A DNA stretch of 64,000 nt from Sulfurospirillum sp. (GCA_045047115.1 JASFYR010000008.1:64001-128000); one strand, 5' to 3'; counted from the first letter of the stretch, positions 1 to 9,386 are shown. The notes: generated from the letters alone by a model not told the origin. Program-made: numbers and translations.

Positions 1-1035
1 AAGATCAAAGCTCTGCTTACTGGCTTCTTTGGTTTGAAACAGTTTTTTAATTTTCATGTAGGTTGAAACCATGGTGGCTTCAGGAACCTCCAGTATAACA
101 TCATCCTTACTCATTTTTGTGAGTTTTGAGAGGATTTTTTCATGATTTTTTCTTAAAGTATCATTAAAAAGTGGGAGCATATACTCCAGCCTTTTTAGTT
201 CTTTATCAAATTCGGTATCACTCTTTAGTGCGGTCTCTATGGACCTGACAAGTTCATTGATGAGCTTACTTGTGGGTCCTAGCTCCATCAACTTCTCTTT
301 TAAGATTTTCTTTTTGAAAGCCAAAGTTAAATCATAAGCCATTTTAGTCTGCTCATCAGCATCTTCGTCAGGTGTTTTAACTAAAGTCTTCATCCAATCT
401 TTTTTTGCTTTTTCTAAGGCTTTGAAACTTGCTACTACTTTTTGTGTCCGACTGTCATCTTTTTTATTTGCTTTTTTACTCTCACTATCATCATCGTCAT
501 CATCGCTGTCGTCTTCAAAACTTCTAAAGAGTTCTTTTACTCTTCTCTCTCTGTTTATGAGTGCTTCTTTATAATCAAGTATAAAATCTATGAGATAAGG
601 AACAGAACAAAAAGCATCTATGATGATATCTTCACCAAACTCTATCTTTTTGCTTATGTCTATCTCTTCTTCTTTTGTCAAAAGAGATATTTGCCCCATC
701 TCTCTTAAGTACATTCTTACAGGACTGTCGCTTCTACTCCACTCTAAAAGCTCTTTTTCGCTGGCTAAGTCAAACTCGTCTTCCAGTGCTTCGTCTTGAA
801 GTTTTTGCCTCTCTTCTTCTCTTTTTTGCGCCTCTTGTTTGTTTCTGAGTTTTGCGATTTCAGCTGAAGTTATAAGAGAAGTTTTGTACTTGTTGAGCAA
901 AGATATGACTTTTTTGGCATTTGATGCAGTAGGTTGTTTTGGAAAAATATCCATTACTTTTTCATATGTAACATGACCTTTTTCGTTTTCTTTGAACAGC
1001 TCTTCAAGTTTTGCGTAGATTTCTTTGGTGGACAT
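1..1035 (-). CDS. rpoD: RNA polymerase sigma factor RpoD (sigma70), N-terminal part; runs off the window start
   Basis: Manual minus-strand translation from ATG at 1035: MSTKEIYAKLEELFKENEKGHVTYEK..., region 1.2 motif WSRSDSPVRMYLREMGQISLLTKEEEI, acidic linker. Absent from the ORF track because it is truncated. Confidence 0.95.
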   Translation of the reverse strand, partial: MSTKEIYAKLEELFKENEKGHVTYEKVMDIFPKQPTASNAKKVISLLNKYKTSLITSAEIAKLRNKQEAQKREEERQKLQDEALEDEFDLASEKELLEWSRSDSPVRMYLREMGQISLLTKEEEIDISKKIEFGEDIIIDAFCSVPYLIDFILDYKEALINRERRVKELFRSFEDDSDDDDDDSESKKANKKDDSRTQKVVASFKALEKAKKDWMKTLVKTPDEDADEQTKMAYDLTLAFKKKILKEKLMELGPTSKLINELVRSIETALKSDTEFDKELKRLEYMLPLFNDTLRKNHEKILSKLTKMSKDDVILEVPEATMVSTYMKIKKLFQTKEASKQSFDL

Positions 1036-1143
1036 GCTTTGTAGCCCCTTATTTGTGTAGTAATAAAGAACGGATTGTACCCAAATATATTTAAAAAGAG
1101 GTTAAATGCAACTTGCCGTTTAAATATATTTGTTGATTTATAG

Positions 1144-1161
1144 TTGGAACACATATTGCTT
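1144..1161 (+). promoter_or_regulatory. sigma54 (RpoN) -24/-12 promoter for flgF-flgG
   Basis: TTGGAACACATATTGCTT: GG at 1146-1147 and GC at 1158-1159 with the canonical 10-nt spacing, ~55 nt upstream of a flagellar rod gene. Confidence 0.85.
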
Positions 1162-1213
1162 TTAGTGCTGTAAGAATTAATATAACTGATATAGTTAGTA
1201 AGGTAGGTTTATT

Positions 1214-2017
1214 GTGCAGAGCGGATATTATGATGTCACGGGTGGTATGGTTACTCAGTTTAACAGACTTGATGTTATCTCAAATAACCTTGCAAATCTT
1301 AACACAACAGCTTTTAAAAGAGATGATGTTGTGATTGGTGACTTTAAAAGGATTTTTCAAAATACCCAAGATAATATGCCTGTAAAAGGCAACACTAAAG
1401 AAGCGGCAAAGTTTGTAAATTCGAGTATAGACAGAGTGCCTCGCATAAGGGAGCAATATACAAATTTTAAACAAGGTGGTTTGAAAAACACCGGAAACAG
1501 TTTGGATTTTGCACTTAAAAGCAAAGATACTTTTTTTATGGTGAAGACTCCAGATGGAATCAGGCTTAGTCAAGATGGTTCATTTGTATTGAACAATGAC
1601 GGTGTTTTGAGTACAAAAGAGGGCTATCCAGTATTGCCAAAAAATTATTTTAAAAATTCACAATTTATAAGAGTTCCACAAGATACACCTCTAACATGCG
1701 ATAAGAGTGGGAATCTATACTCGGATGGAAATAGTATAGCGCAGTTTTATATAGCAACAACAGACGATATGAAAAGTCTTAAAAAAGATGGTGAAGGGCT
1801 ATATAAATTTAAAAATCTTAAAAATATAGAACCAAGTGCAAAAAAAGATGTGGTTGCACAAGGCTTTTTAGAGACAAGCAATGTAAATCCGGTATATGAG
1901 ATGGTCGATTTGATAGAAACAAACAGATTGGTTGAGATGTACCAAAGAGTTATGAGTGCTCATATGAATGATTTAAACAGTGATGCAATAAATAAATTAG
2001 CATCCATGAGAGCATAA
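1214..2017 (+). CDS. flgF: Flagellar basal-body rod protein FlgF (FlgG2)
   Basis: N-terminal LDVISNNLANLNT..FK, TGNSLDFAL, C-terminal LETSNVNPVYEM; directly upstream of flgG. Confidence 0.88.
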   Translation: MQSGYYDVTGGMVTQFNRLDVISNNLANLNTTAFKRDDVVIGDFKRIFQNTQDNMPVKGNTKEAAKFVNSSIDRVPRIREQYTNFKQGGLKNTGNSLDFALKSKDTFFMVKTPDGIRLSQDGSFVLNNDGVLSTKEGYPVLPKNYFKNSQFIRVPQDTPLTCDKSGNLYSDGNSIAQFYIATTDDMKSLKKDGEGLYKFKNLKNIEPSAKKDVVAQGFLETSNVNPVYEMVDLIETNRLVEMYQRVMSAHMNDLNSDAINKLASMRA

Positions 2018-2080
2018 ACGACCGCAAGGTTGTGCTTTAGCAGAGCGTGAATTATCGAGGGGCTTTGCCCCTTGATAAGA
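2018..2080 (+). repeat. Intergenic REP-like element with hairpin (member of a dispersed family)
   Basis: ACCGCAAGGTTGTGCTTTAGCA followed by the hairpin TTATCGAGGGGC-TTT-GCCCCTTGATAA; modules shared with 9871-9928 and 23362-23515. Confidence 0.55.
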
Positions 2081-2110
2081 TGATAATTAAATAAAAAAAG
2101 GAATACTAAA

Positions 2111-2899
2111 ATGATAAGATCGCTTTATACAGCAGCAACAGGCATGATAGCACAACAGACACAGATTGATACAACTTCAAATAATATAGCAAATGTAAAT
2201 ACGATAGGCTATAAAAAGCAAAGAGCAGAGTTTGCAGATCTGATGTATCAGACTATGAAATATGCAGGAACCGCAACAAGTGACACTACAGTATCTCCTA
2301 CGGGTATAGAGGTAGGTCTTGGTGTCAGACCAACCGCAATCGCCAAGCAGTTTACCCAGGGAAATTTTAAAGAGACCGGAAACCCACTTGATATGGCGAT
2401 AACGGGAAATGGCTTTTTTCAGTTACAGTTACCTGATGGGACAACAGCATATACGAGAAACGGTTCATTTAAACTTGACAGCAATGGCAATGTAGTAAAC
2501 AGTGATGGATATAAGCTTACACCAAATATCGTGATTCCTGCAGATACTACCCAAATCTCAATTGGAACAGATGGAACAGTATCTGTTATGCAAGCAGGTC
2601 AAACACAGATGTCTCAAGTAGGTCAAATAGAACTGGCAAATTTTGTAAATCCGGCAGGACTTCACTCGTTAGGTAATAATAATCTCATAAATACAACTGC
2701 ATCAGGTGATGCACTCACAGGCACCCCGGGACTTAATGGCATAGGTCAGCTAAGACAAAACTTTGTGGAGATGAGCAATGTTCAACTGGTAGAAGAGATG
2801 ACGGATCTCATAACCGGTCAAAGAGCATACGAGGCGAACTCAAAAGCTATCACAACAAGTGATCAGATGCTACAGACTGTAAATGGACTCAAAAGGTAG
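2111..2899 (+). CDS. flgG: Flagellar basal-body rod protein FlgG
   Basis: MIRSLYTAATGM..NNIANVNTIGYKKQRAEFADLMYQ, YTRNGSF, EMSNVQLVEEM..QRAYEANSKAI. Confidence 0.97.
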   Translation: MIRSLYTAATGMIAQQTQIDTTSNNIANVNTIGYKKQRAEFADLMYQTMKYAGTATSDTTVSPTGIEVGLGVRPTAIAKQFTQGNFKETGNPLDMAITGNGFFQLQLPDGTTAYTRNGSFKLDSNGNVVNSDGYKLTPNIVIPADTTQISIGTDGTVSVMQAGQTQMSQVGQIELANFVNPAGLHSLGNNNLINTTASGDALTGTPGLNGIGQLRQNFVEMSNVQLVEEMTDLITGQRAYEANSKAITTSDQMLQTVNGLKR

Positions 2900-2903
2900 T
2901 AGA

Positions 2904-3080
2904 ATGCTTATGATACTGCCTTTTTTGGTGGTTATACTCATAATAGTAGCGATAAACCACATATACTATAGCGATGTAAAATCTAAAAATCTAAAAACTC
3001 CTTCACATGTAGAGAAAAAATTAGACAAACGAGATACAACACAAAGCTATCTTGACAAATATATAAAAAAACAGCCATGA
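2904..3080 (+). CDS. Small hypothetical membrane-anchored protein
   Basis: Single N-terminal hydrophobic helix; fills the gap between flgG and azlC, and its stop overlaps the azlC start. Confidence 0.55.
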   Translation: MLMILPFLVVILIIVAINHIYYSDVKSKNLKTPSHVEKKLDKRDTTQSYLDKYIKKQP

Positions 3081-3751
3081 GTTTTTTTTCGATATTTAAG
3101 CTCACTATTCCCGTGCTTATGGGCTATATACCTTTGGGTATGGCATTTGGATTGTTGCTTTCAAAGATGATAATACCGTGGTATTATGCATTTTTTATGT
3201 CCACTTTTATATTTGCGGGAAGCGGACAGTTTTTGGCTTTGACTCTCTTTGCTTCGCAGGCAACTATATTGGAGATAGGAGTTGCTACATTTTTGCTAAA
3301 TCTCAGACATACTTTTTACGGACTCTCCATGGTGAGTACCTTTAACAATTTCTCTTGGAAGAAGAATTATCTTATATTTGGTTTGACAGATGAGACTTTT
3401 GCACTTCTAAAAACAAGCGAAATCGAAGAAAAAAACAAAGAGAGAGTATATCTCATTATCACTGTTTTAAATCAGAGTTATTGGATTATAGGAAGTGTTA
3501 CAGGAGCATTGTTGGGAAATATCTTGCCTTTTAATTACAAAGGCATAGAGTTTTCTCTGACAGCTCTTTTTGTGGTATTGTCTATCGACCTGTATAAAAA
3601 AAGCAAACTTCACAAGCCTTTTTTGATAGCGGTTGTCATAGGATTTGTTGGGATGTTAGGTTTCCCAAGCGATAAGATGCTTATACTCACACTCTCACTG
3701 GCAGCTGCAGTTTTGATACTCTTTAGAAAGAATCTCGAAGATGCAAGATAG
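3077..3751 (+). CDS. azlC: AzlC family branched-chain amino acid exporter permease
   Basis: PVLMGYIPLGMAFG, FAGSGQF, LLNLRH.FYG, LTDETFA motifs. Confidence 0.92.
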   Translation: MSFFSIFKLTIPVLMGYIPLGMAFGLLLSKMIIPWYYAFFMSTFIFAGSGQFLALTLFASQATILEIGVATFLLNLRHTFYGLSMVSTFNNFSWKKNYLIFGLTDETFALLKTSEIEEKNKERVYLIITVLNQSYWIIGSVTGALLGNILPFNYKGIEFSLTALFVVLSIDLYKKSKLHKPFLIAVVIGFVGMLGFPSDKMLILTLSLAAAVLILFRKNLEDAR

Positions 3752-4067
3752 TTACCTAATAGCCGGTATAGCAGTGGCTACGATTGCTACAATGCTGACA
3801 AGATTTATACCTTTTATCTTTTTTGCCAAAAGAAAACCATCCCCGCTCATAAGATACATAGAGTGGAATATGCCGTTGATGATCATGGTAATTTTGGTAT
3901 TTTATGCTCTAAAAGATGTAAAATGGACTCAACACCCTTTTGGTCTGGCAGAGATTATCGGAGTGGCGATAGCCATATCTGTACATGTAAAGTTTAACAA
4001 TGCACTTCTTAGTATAATAATTTCTACTGTTATATATATGTTCTTGGTGCAGAGAGTTTTTGTTTAG
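3741..4067 (+). CDS. azlD: AzlD family branched-chain amino acid exporter small subunit
   Basis: T.LTRFIPF, P.MIMVILVFYALK; overlaps azlC. Confidence 0.9.
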   Translation: MQDSYLIAGIAVATIATMLTRFIPFIFFAKRKPSPLIRYIEWNMPLMIMVILVFYALKDVKWTQHPFGLAEIIGVAIAISVHVKFNNALLSIIISTVIYMFLVQRVFV

Positions 4068-4135
4068 GAATCAAAAAAAACACAAAAGATTCTGTGCAGT
4101 GGTTTCTTTAAACTTTTATTTAGTATAATAATATG

Positions 4136-4169
4136 ACTGCACAATGGAGTATATATTCCATTGTGCAGT
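4136..4169 (+). promoter_or_regulatory. Perfect 13-bp inverted repeat in the ppaC leader
   Basis: ACTGCACAATGGA-N8-TCCATTGTGCAGT just downstream of TATAAT (4124-4129). Confidence 0.5.
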
Positions 4170-4205
4170 GGTCTCATAATTATATAAAAAAATAAAAGGT
4201 TTAAA

Positions 4206-5123
4206 ATGGCAACTTTCGTATTTGGTCATACCAATCCTGATTCTGATTCTATTGTCGGAGCTATCTCTTTGGCTTATTTAAAAAATCAATTAGGCGAAGA
4301 TTGTATTCCCAGCAGGCAAGGTGAAATTTCTCCTGAGACAGAGTTTATATTGGAAAAGTTCAGTGGTACACTTCCGATTCTCAAAACTGATTATGCAGGT
4401 GAAAATGTTTATATCGTAGATACTACAGATTTGGCTCTTTTGCCAAAAGATATAGCCGATGCTACTGTTTTGGGTGTGGTTGATCACCATAAACTAGGTG
4501 ATCTTACTACCTCTGCGCCTCTTGAATGTTGGATAAGACCTGTCGGATGTTCAAACACCATCATAAAAGAGATGTTTGATTATCACAGTGTAAAGATTCC
4601 AAAAGATTTGGCAGGTATGATGATGTGCGCGATACTTAGTGATACTGTTATATTTAAGTCACCGACTTGCACAAAATCCGATACAAAAGCTGTAAAAGAG
4701 TTGGCGAGCATCGCAGGTGTTAAGGATTATAAGGCATTTGGTATGGAGATGTTTATAGTAAAATCAGCAGTTGGCGATGCGAGTGCAGAGGAACTTGTTA
4801 AAAGAGACTATAAAGAGTTTGCTATGGGTGAGAGCAAGGTTGGCGTAGGTCAGCTTGAAGTTGTTGATTTGAGCATTTTTGACGATAAAAAAGATATGCT
4901 GTTTGATGAAATGAAAAGGGTAAAAGAGAAAAGTGGACTCCATAGCATGATAATTCTTTTGACAGATATCATGACTGAAGGTTCACAGCTTTTGGCAGTC
5001 AGTGACGATGAGAGTCTGATAGAAAAAGCCTTTGGCAAAAAACTACAAAATCATGAAATTTGGTTAGATGGAGTTTTGAGTCGTAAAAAACAGGTTATTC
5101 CATTTTTACAGCCACTATTTTAA
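4206..5123 (+). CDS. ppaC: Manganese-dependent inorganic pyrophosphatase (family II, DHH)
   Basis: GHTNPDSDS, VDHH, ILSDT..FKSPTCT, C-terminal SRKKQVIP. Confidence 0.96.
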   Translation: MATFVFGHTNPDSDSIVGAISLAYLKNQLGEDCIPSRQGEISPETEFILEKFSGTLPILKTDYAGENVYIVDTTDLALLPKDIADATVLGVVDHHKLGDLTTSAPLECWIRPVGCSNTIIKEMFDYHSVKIPKDLAGMMMCAILSDTVIFKSPTCTKSDTKAVKELASIAGVKDYKAFGMEMFIVKSAVGDASAEELVKRDYKEFAMGESKVGVGQLEVVDLSIFDDKKDMLFDEMKRVKEKSGLHSMIILLTDIMTEGSQLLAVSDDESLIEKAFGKKLQNHEIWLDGVLSRKKQVIPFLQPLF

Positions 5124-5350
5124 AACTGACCATTGTTGCAGGAACAAAAACCATCTTCTTCTAGTTTTTTGTTCTCTGCATCAAGTTTTCTCTTATATTT
5201 TTGATATTTTTTCTCTTTTTCAGATACAAAAGTCGTTTTTGATTTGTTCCATTTAAGTTCTTGCTTTATACTTTGGTTTTGATCAAAATTTACACCAAAA
5301 GCGAGTGAGCAAATGATGATGGAACAAAATAGAGTTTTAAACATAAGCAA
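5120..5350 (-). CDS. Small secreted hypothetical protein with C-terminal CxC
   Basis: Signal-peptide-like N-terminus, AAGGA RBS, ends GFCSCNNGQF. Confidence 0.55.
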   Translation of the reverse strand: MLMFKTLFCSIIICSLAFGVNFDQNQSIKQELKWNKSKTTFVSEKEKKYQKYKRKLDAENKKLEEDGFCSCNNGQF

Positions 5351-5401
5351 TCCTTAAAAATTTATAGACCAATATATCAAAACTATGCTATTATTTCACT
5401 T

Positions 5402-6088
5402 ATGCAATTAATAACAATACCTAGTTTACTTTTTATGTTTATTCCTATCATTATCGTAGGGATAGTCTATTTTGTATGGACCAAAAATTTCAAAGAGATA
5501 GGTATGGCAACTTTTAGGATGATTTTACAGCTGTTGATTATAGGTTATTTTTTGACTTATATTTTTCAAAACAGCAACTCTTTTATAGGCATTACTATTT
5601 TGATTTTTATGATAGCTATCTCCAGCTTTATAGCTCTTAGAAATGTAAATGATAAAAACAGAGGTACCTATGTAAATTTTTTTATATCTATTGCTATTGG
5701 TGGTAGTTTAAATCTGGTGTTAGTGCTGTTTTTTGTCTTAAATCTCGATCCGATGTATCAGCCAAGATTTATAATCCCACTGGCCGGCATGATATATGCA
5801 AACTCTATGAATGCTCTCTCTTTGGGTGCTGAGAGATTCGAAAATGAAATCAAAACAAAAGATTATATCAAAGCAAGAGCTATCTCTTTTAGAGCTTCAC
5901 TGATACCTCAAATTAACTCTTTTTTAGCTGTAGGTTTGGTCTCATTGCCCGGCATGATGACAGGGCAGATACTCTCAGGCGTAAGTCCGATTATTGCAGT
6001 GAGATATCAGATAGTAGTGATGGCTATGATTTTAGGAAGTGCCGGCATGAGTGTTATGATATATCTGTATTTGCAAGGAAAAAGATAA
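5402..6088 (+). CDS. FetB/YbbM (UPF0014) family ABC transporter permease
   Basis: RM.LQL.IIGY.L, IPLAGMI..NSM, GLVSLPGMMTGQILSG.SP..AVRYQI. Confidence 0.9.
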   Translation: MQLITIPSLLFMFIPIIIVGIVYFVWTKNFKEIGMATFRMILQLLIIGYFLTYIFQNSNSFIGITILIFMIAISSFIALRNVNDKNRGTYVNFFISIAIGGSLNLVLVLFFVLNLDPMYQPRFIIPLAGMIYANSMNALSLGAERFENEIKTKDYIKARAISFRASLIPQINSFLAVGLVSLPGMMTGQILSGVSPIIAVRYQIVVMAMILGSAGMSVMIYLYLQGKR

Positions 6089-6099
6089 AAATCGATCTC

Positions 6100-7845
6100 T
6101 TATGCTTCTAGATTTTTTATCTCCTTGATACTGTTTATACGGTTTTCTTTTATGTCGTAACATTTAAATGATAATATTACACCACTGTCTTTCAGGACTG
6201 TCTCGAGAGCTTCTATGTCCTTGTTTAAATCAAGTTTGTTTTGTGATGCTATCAAAAAGTCATCCCCGTGTATCCTGAAAATAGCACATTTGCTACATAG
6301 ATTATCTAGCTTCTTGGCAAATTTGGCAAGTAAAATATCCCCATCTTCCCAACTTTTTCTTCTGTTATACTGCGTAAAATTGTGCAGATTAAACTTGCAA
6401 ATATAGTTATAATCAAATGCCTTTGTGTGATTGTAAAGAAGTATAAATTCCAGATAGTCCTTGTTAAATGCATCTGTAATTGTATCTTTGAAAAAGTAAG
6501 AAAATCTCTCTTTTTCCATTTTGGTTTTTGGTATTTGGGATATTGTATTATCTATTTTTATATTTTTTAATGATTTTATTGCGGCATCTACAATCTTTGG
6601 ATGAAACTGTTTGGATTTTGAATCTTCCAATTCATCCAAGGCTTCATTTATATCTTTTTTTGTTTTATATATCCTATCTGTAGTCATGGCATTAAATGCA
6701 TCGGCTACTGCCATGATCTGTGAAAGCATCAGAGTGCCATCTCCTTTTAGTCCAAAAGGGTATCCGGAGCCATCATATCTTTCGTGATGATATCTGACTA
6801 TTGTTGCTATCTCTTTATATATATCGACATCTTTCAAGAGCTCATATCCGACCTGGGCATGTTCTTTTATGATTTCATACTCTAGTGCATTGAGTTTCCC
6901 CGGCTTTAGCAACACTGAGTCAGGAATGGCAATCTTGCCTATATCGTGCAGCATTGAAGCTCTATAGAGATTTTCTATGTCTTTATCGCCGTAACCCATC
7001 TCCTTTGCTATAAGTATAGAATAGGTTGCTACTCTTTTTGTATGACCTGCTGTATAGCTATCTCTCTTTTCTATCATGTTTACCAAAGAATAGATATGTT
7101 GCTCATAACCCCGTATTTTTTCGCTCAGTGTTTTTAAAGCAAATTTTTTACCATACAAAATAGATATTAATCCTATAAAATATATAAGAACAATAGTAAG
7201 TATATCTACTAGAGAATGTTTAAAAGCAGTTGCATAATAACTCTTCAGAGGGATGAAAACAGAAACTCCACCCCGTATATCTCCAATTCTGTATCCTTGA
7301 AAGGCATGGCATTTTAAACAAGATTTTTTAGCAACGAGCGGATTCATATATCTTATATAAAATTCATTGCCTATTTCTACCTTTGCCAATACCGGTTTCC
7401 TTGTTTTCTCTATCTTTTCGAGTGTCTTTTTCTCCCACTCATCCGGTCTATTTTTAGGATTTAAGAGTGTAAGACTTGTGATGTGGGCTTTAACACCATA
7501 AAGTTTTGAATACTCTTTCATCATCTCAGAGAGTGTATAAGCCGGATTCATTAGAGTCAAATGTTGATTGGCATTTGTTGTTACATCTCGATTTTTGATA
7601 TGTGCCAGATATGGATTTGGAGGCGTATTTTTTGTGATGGGCACATAGACTCCTCCATGAGAAGCAACCCAGCTTCTATATGCCAAATCTTTTTTTACAC
7701 TTACCTTTGCTTCATTTATCGCTAAAGAGGTTGCATAATAATAATCTTGATGCAAATAGATTGTACCGACGAAAACTATCAGCAGAGACCAGCCAATTAT
7801 AATGAAAAGAGTAACTCTGTTTATAAATTTATTTTTGGAACTCAT
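6100..7845 (-). CDS. Membrane sensor HD-GYP c-di-GMP phosphodiesterase with periplasmic DUF3365 (heme c) domain and degenerate C-terminal GGDEF domain
   Basis: TM, W...HGGVYVP..NPYL, CLKCH, second TM, YTAGH, LHDIGK, HHERYDGSGYP, then D.ITDAFN...GDILL...FRIHGDDF. Confidence 0.88.
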   Translation of the reverse strand: MSSKNKFINRVTLFIIIGWSLLIVFVGTIYLHQDYYYATSLAINEAKVSVKKDLAYRSWVASHGGVYVPITKNTPPNPYLAHIKNRDVTTNANQHLTLMNPAYTLSEMMKEYSKLYGVKAHITSLTLLNPKNRPDEWEKKTLEKIEKTRKPVLAKVEIGNEFYIRYMNPLVAKKSCLKCHAFQGYRIGDIRGGVSVFIPLKSYYATAFKHSLVDILTIVLIYFIGLISILYGKKFALKTLSEKIRGYEQHIYSLVNMIEKRDSYTAGHTKRVATYSILIAKEMGYGDKDIENLYRASMLHDIGKIAIPDSVLLKPGKLNALEYEIIKEHAQVGYELLKDVDIYKEIATIVRYHHERYDGSGYPFGLKGDGTLMLSQIMAVADAFNAMTTDRIYKTKKDINEALDELEDSKSKQFHPKIVDAAIKSLKNIKIDNTISQIPKTKMEKERFSYFFKDTITDAFNKDYLEFILLYNHTKAFDYNYICKFNLHNFTQYNRRKSWEDGDILLAKFAKKLDNLCSKCAIFRIHGDDFLIASQNKLDLNKDIEALETVLKDSGVILSFKCYDIKENRINSIKEIKNLEA

Positions 7846-7925
7846 ATGATTATACTATCGTTATGCTACTTAAATTTTAATATATGATTTGCTATACTAA
7901 TAAAAAGATAAATAAGGGTTTTAAA

Positions 7926-8684
7926 ATGGCTAGATTATTGATTGTGTTTTTGTGCTTTTTATCTTTTTCTACACTTGGTGTAGCCGGTGAATATGGTAGG
8001 ATTTTTGCATCAAGTAATCTTGAATTTGTTTTTTCAGATATGATTAAAAGTTTTTATGCAAAATATCCAAGCTCCAGTGTGCACATACAGTATGGCTCAT
8101 CCGGTAGTTTGTTTGAAGATATACAAGATGGTAATAAATATGACATATTTTTCTCTGCTGACATGAGATATCCCCAAATGTTATATAAAAACGGAAAAGC
8201 CGTATCGCCTCCAAAGGCTTATGTCAGGGGGTTTTTAGTGCTTATTGGCTTTGATGATAAAGTCATAAAACAAAATGGTCTTAAGTGTCTGAGAAACAGT
8301 GATATTAAGAAGATTATGATAGCAAACAAAACAACAGCCCCATATGGAAAAGCATCTATAGAGATACTAAAAAATGCAGGCTTGTATAAAAATGTTAAAC
8401 AGAAGATTGAGTACTCTTTGGATGTGGCTTTGGTCATAGACGGAGTTTTGTGGAATCATTATATCGGATTCATCCCTAAATCAGCACTTGGCATACTTCC
8501 AAAAAATAAAATAAACTGGATAGATGTAGATAAGAGACTATACAGCCCGATTATACAAGGATATGCTATCTCTAAAAAAGGTATAAAAAATAAAAATGCT
8601 ATGAATTTTTTGAAATTTATAACTTCACCAGGTGGTGGAAAAATATTTAAAAAATATGGATACGAAACTATCTCTATGAAATAA
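7926..8684 (+). CDS. modA: Molybdate ABC transporter substrate-binding protein
   Basis: Signal peptide, YGSSG.L, YDIFFSAD..YP, IAN..TAPYGKAS; start placed at ATG 7926. Confidence 0.85.
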   Translation: MARLLIVFLCFLSFSTLGVAGEYGRIFASSNLEFVFSDMIKSFYAKYPSSSVHIQYGSSGSLFEDIQDGNKYDIFFSADMRYPQMLYKNGKAVSPPKAYVRGFLVLIGFDDKVIKQNGLKCLRNSDIKKIMIANKTTAPYGKASIEILKNAGLYKNVKQKIEYSLDVALVIDGVLWNHYIGFIPKSALGILPKNKINWIDVDKRLYSPIIQGYAISKKGIKNKNAMNFLKFITSPGGGKIFKKYGYETISMK

Positions 8685-8714
8685 TGCACTCTAAATCTTA
8701 CAAGGGAAAAAATT

Positions 8715-9218
8715 GTGGAATATAAGATAAAAGATAAACAAAATATCTCAAAATGTTGCTTTGTGTGTGGCATACAAAACAGTGTCGGTCTAAAAGCCAA
8801 ATTTTATGTCAGTGATGAGGACGAAACCATAGCTCTCTTTACTCCAAGAGAGAATCTCCAAAGTTACCCGGGAGTCATGCATGGAGGAATTTCTGCTACG
8901 ATTTTAGATGAGACTATCGGGCGGGCTATCATGAACAAATACTCTCAAGATACTTTTGGCGTTACGCTTGAATTAAATATAAAGTATAAAAAACCTGTTC
9001 CAACCGATGTGGAGCTCAAAGTTGTAGGGCGAATCACAAAGGACAAAGGCAGGATTTTTGAAGGAAGCGGAGAGATATATCTGAGTGATGGTACAGTAGC
9101 GGTGATGGCAAGTGGAAAATACCTAAAAAGAGAGCTTAGCCAAATCACAGACAGTGAATTTGCAAGTGATGAGTGGTTTGGCTCAGATGCCAAAGATATG
9201 GATAAAATAAATATTTAA
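8715..9218 (+). CDS. PaaI family (hotdog-fold) thioesterase
   Basis: CFVCG..N..GL, QSYPGVMHGGISATILDE, Y.KPVP. Confidence 0.9.
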   Translation: MEYKIKDKQNISKCCFVCGIQNSVGLKAKFYVSDEDETIALFTPRENLQSYPGVMHGGISATILDETIGRAIMNKYSQDTFGVTLELNIKYKKPVPTDVELKVVGRITKDKGRIFEGSGEIYLSDGTVAVMASGKYLKRELSQITDSEFASDEWFGSDAKDMDKINI

Positions 9219-9246
9219 TTTCTTTTTGGATAAAATACCGTTCATC

Positions 9247-9360
9247 AGACTTTTGTTTGAGTTGTATTTGAGCGACTCTGCAACCGATGGGTCAAAATCT
9301 TTGATTTTGGGGTACCCACCGTGTGAAGCCTTAGCGATGGTAGAATTCAAACAAAAGTCT
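9247..9360 (+). repeat. 114-bp imperfect palindromic element (MITE/ERIC-like or structured leader) upstream of leuD
   Basis: Terminal arms AGACTTTTGTTTGAGTT and AATTCAAACAAAAGTCT (16/17 plus one G-U); central hairpin CAAAATC-TTT-GATTTTG flanked by TGGGT/ACCCA. Confidence 0.65.
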
Positions 9361-9386
9361 AGGAATTAAAATTTATAAGGAATTTT

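Noticed and set aside
442..708. 88-aa plus-strand ORF and the TCA/TCG triplet run near 490-515
   Set aside because: Antisense shadow of rpoD; the triplets encode its acidic Asp-rich linker.
954..1154. 66-aa minus-strand ORF
   Set aside because: Overlaps the rpoD start in another frame and the promoter region; no recognisable motif.
9220..9386. Classical leucine attenuator upstream of leuD
   Set aside because: No Leu-rich leader peptide and no terminator with a U-tract were found.
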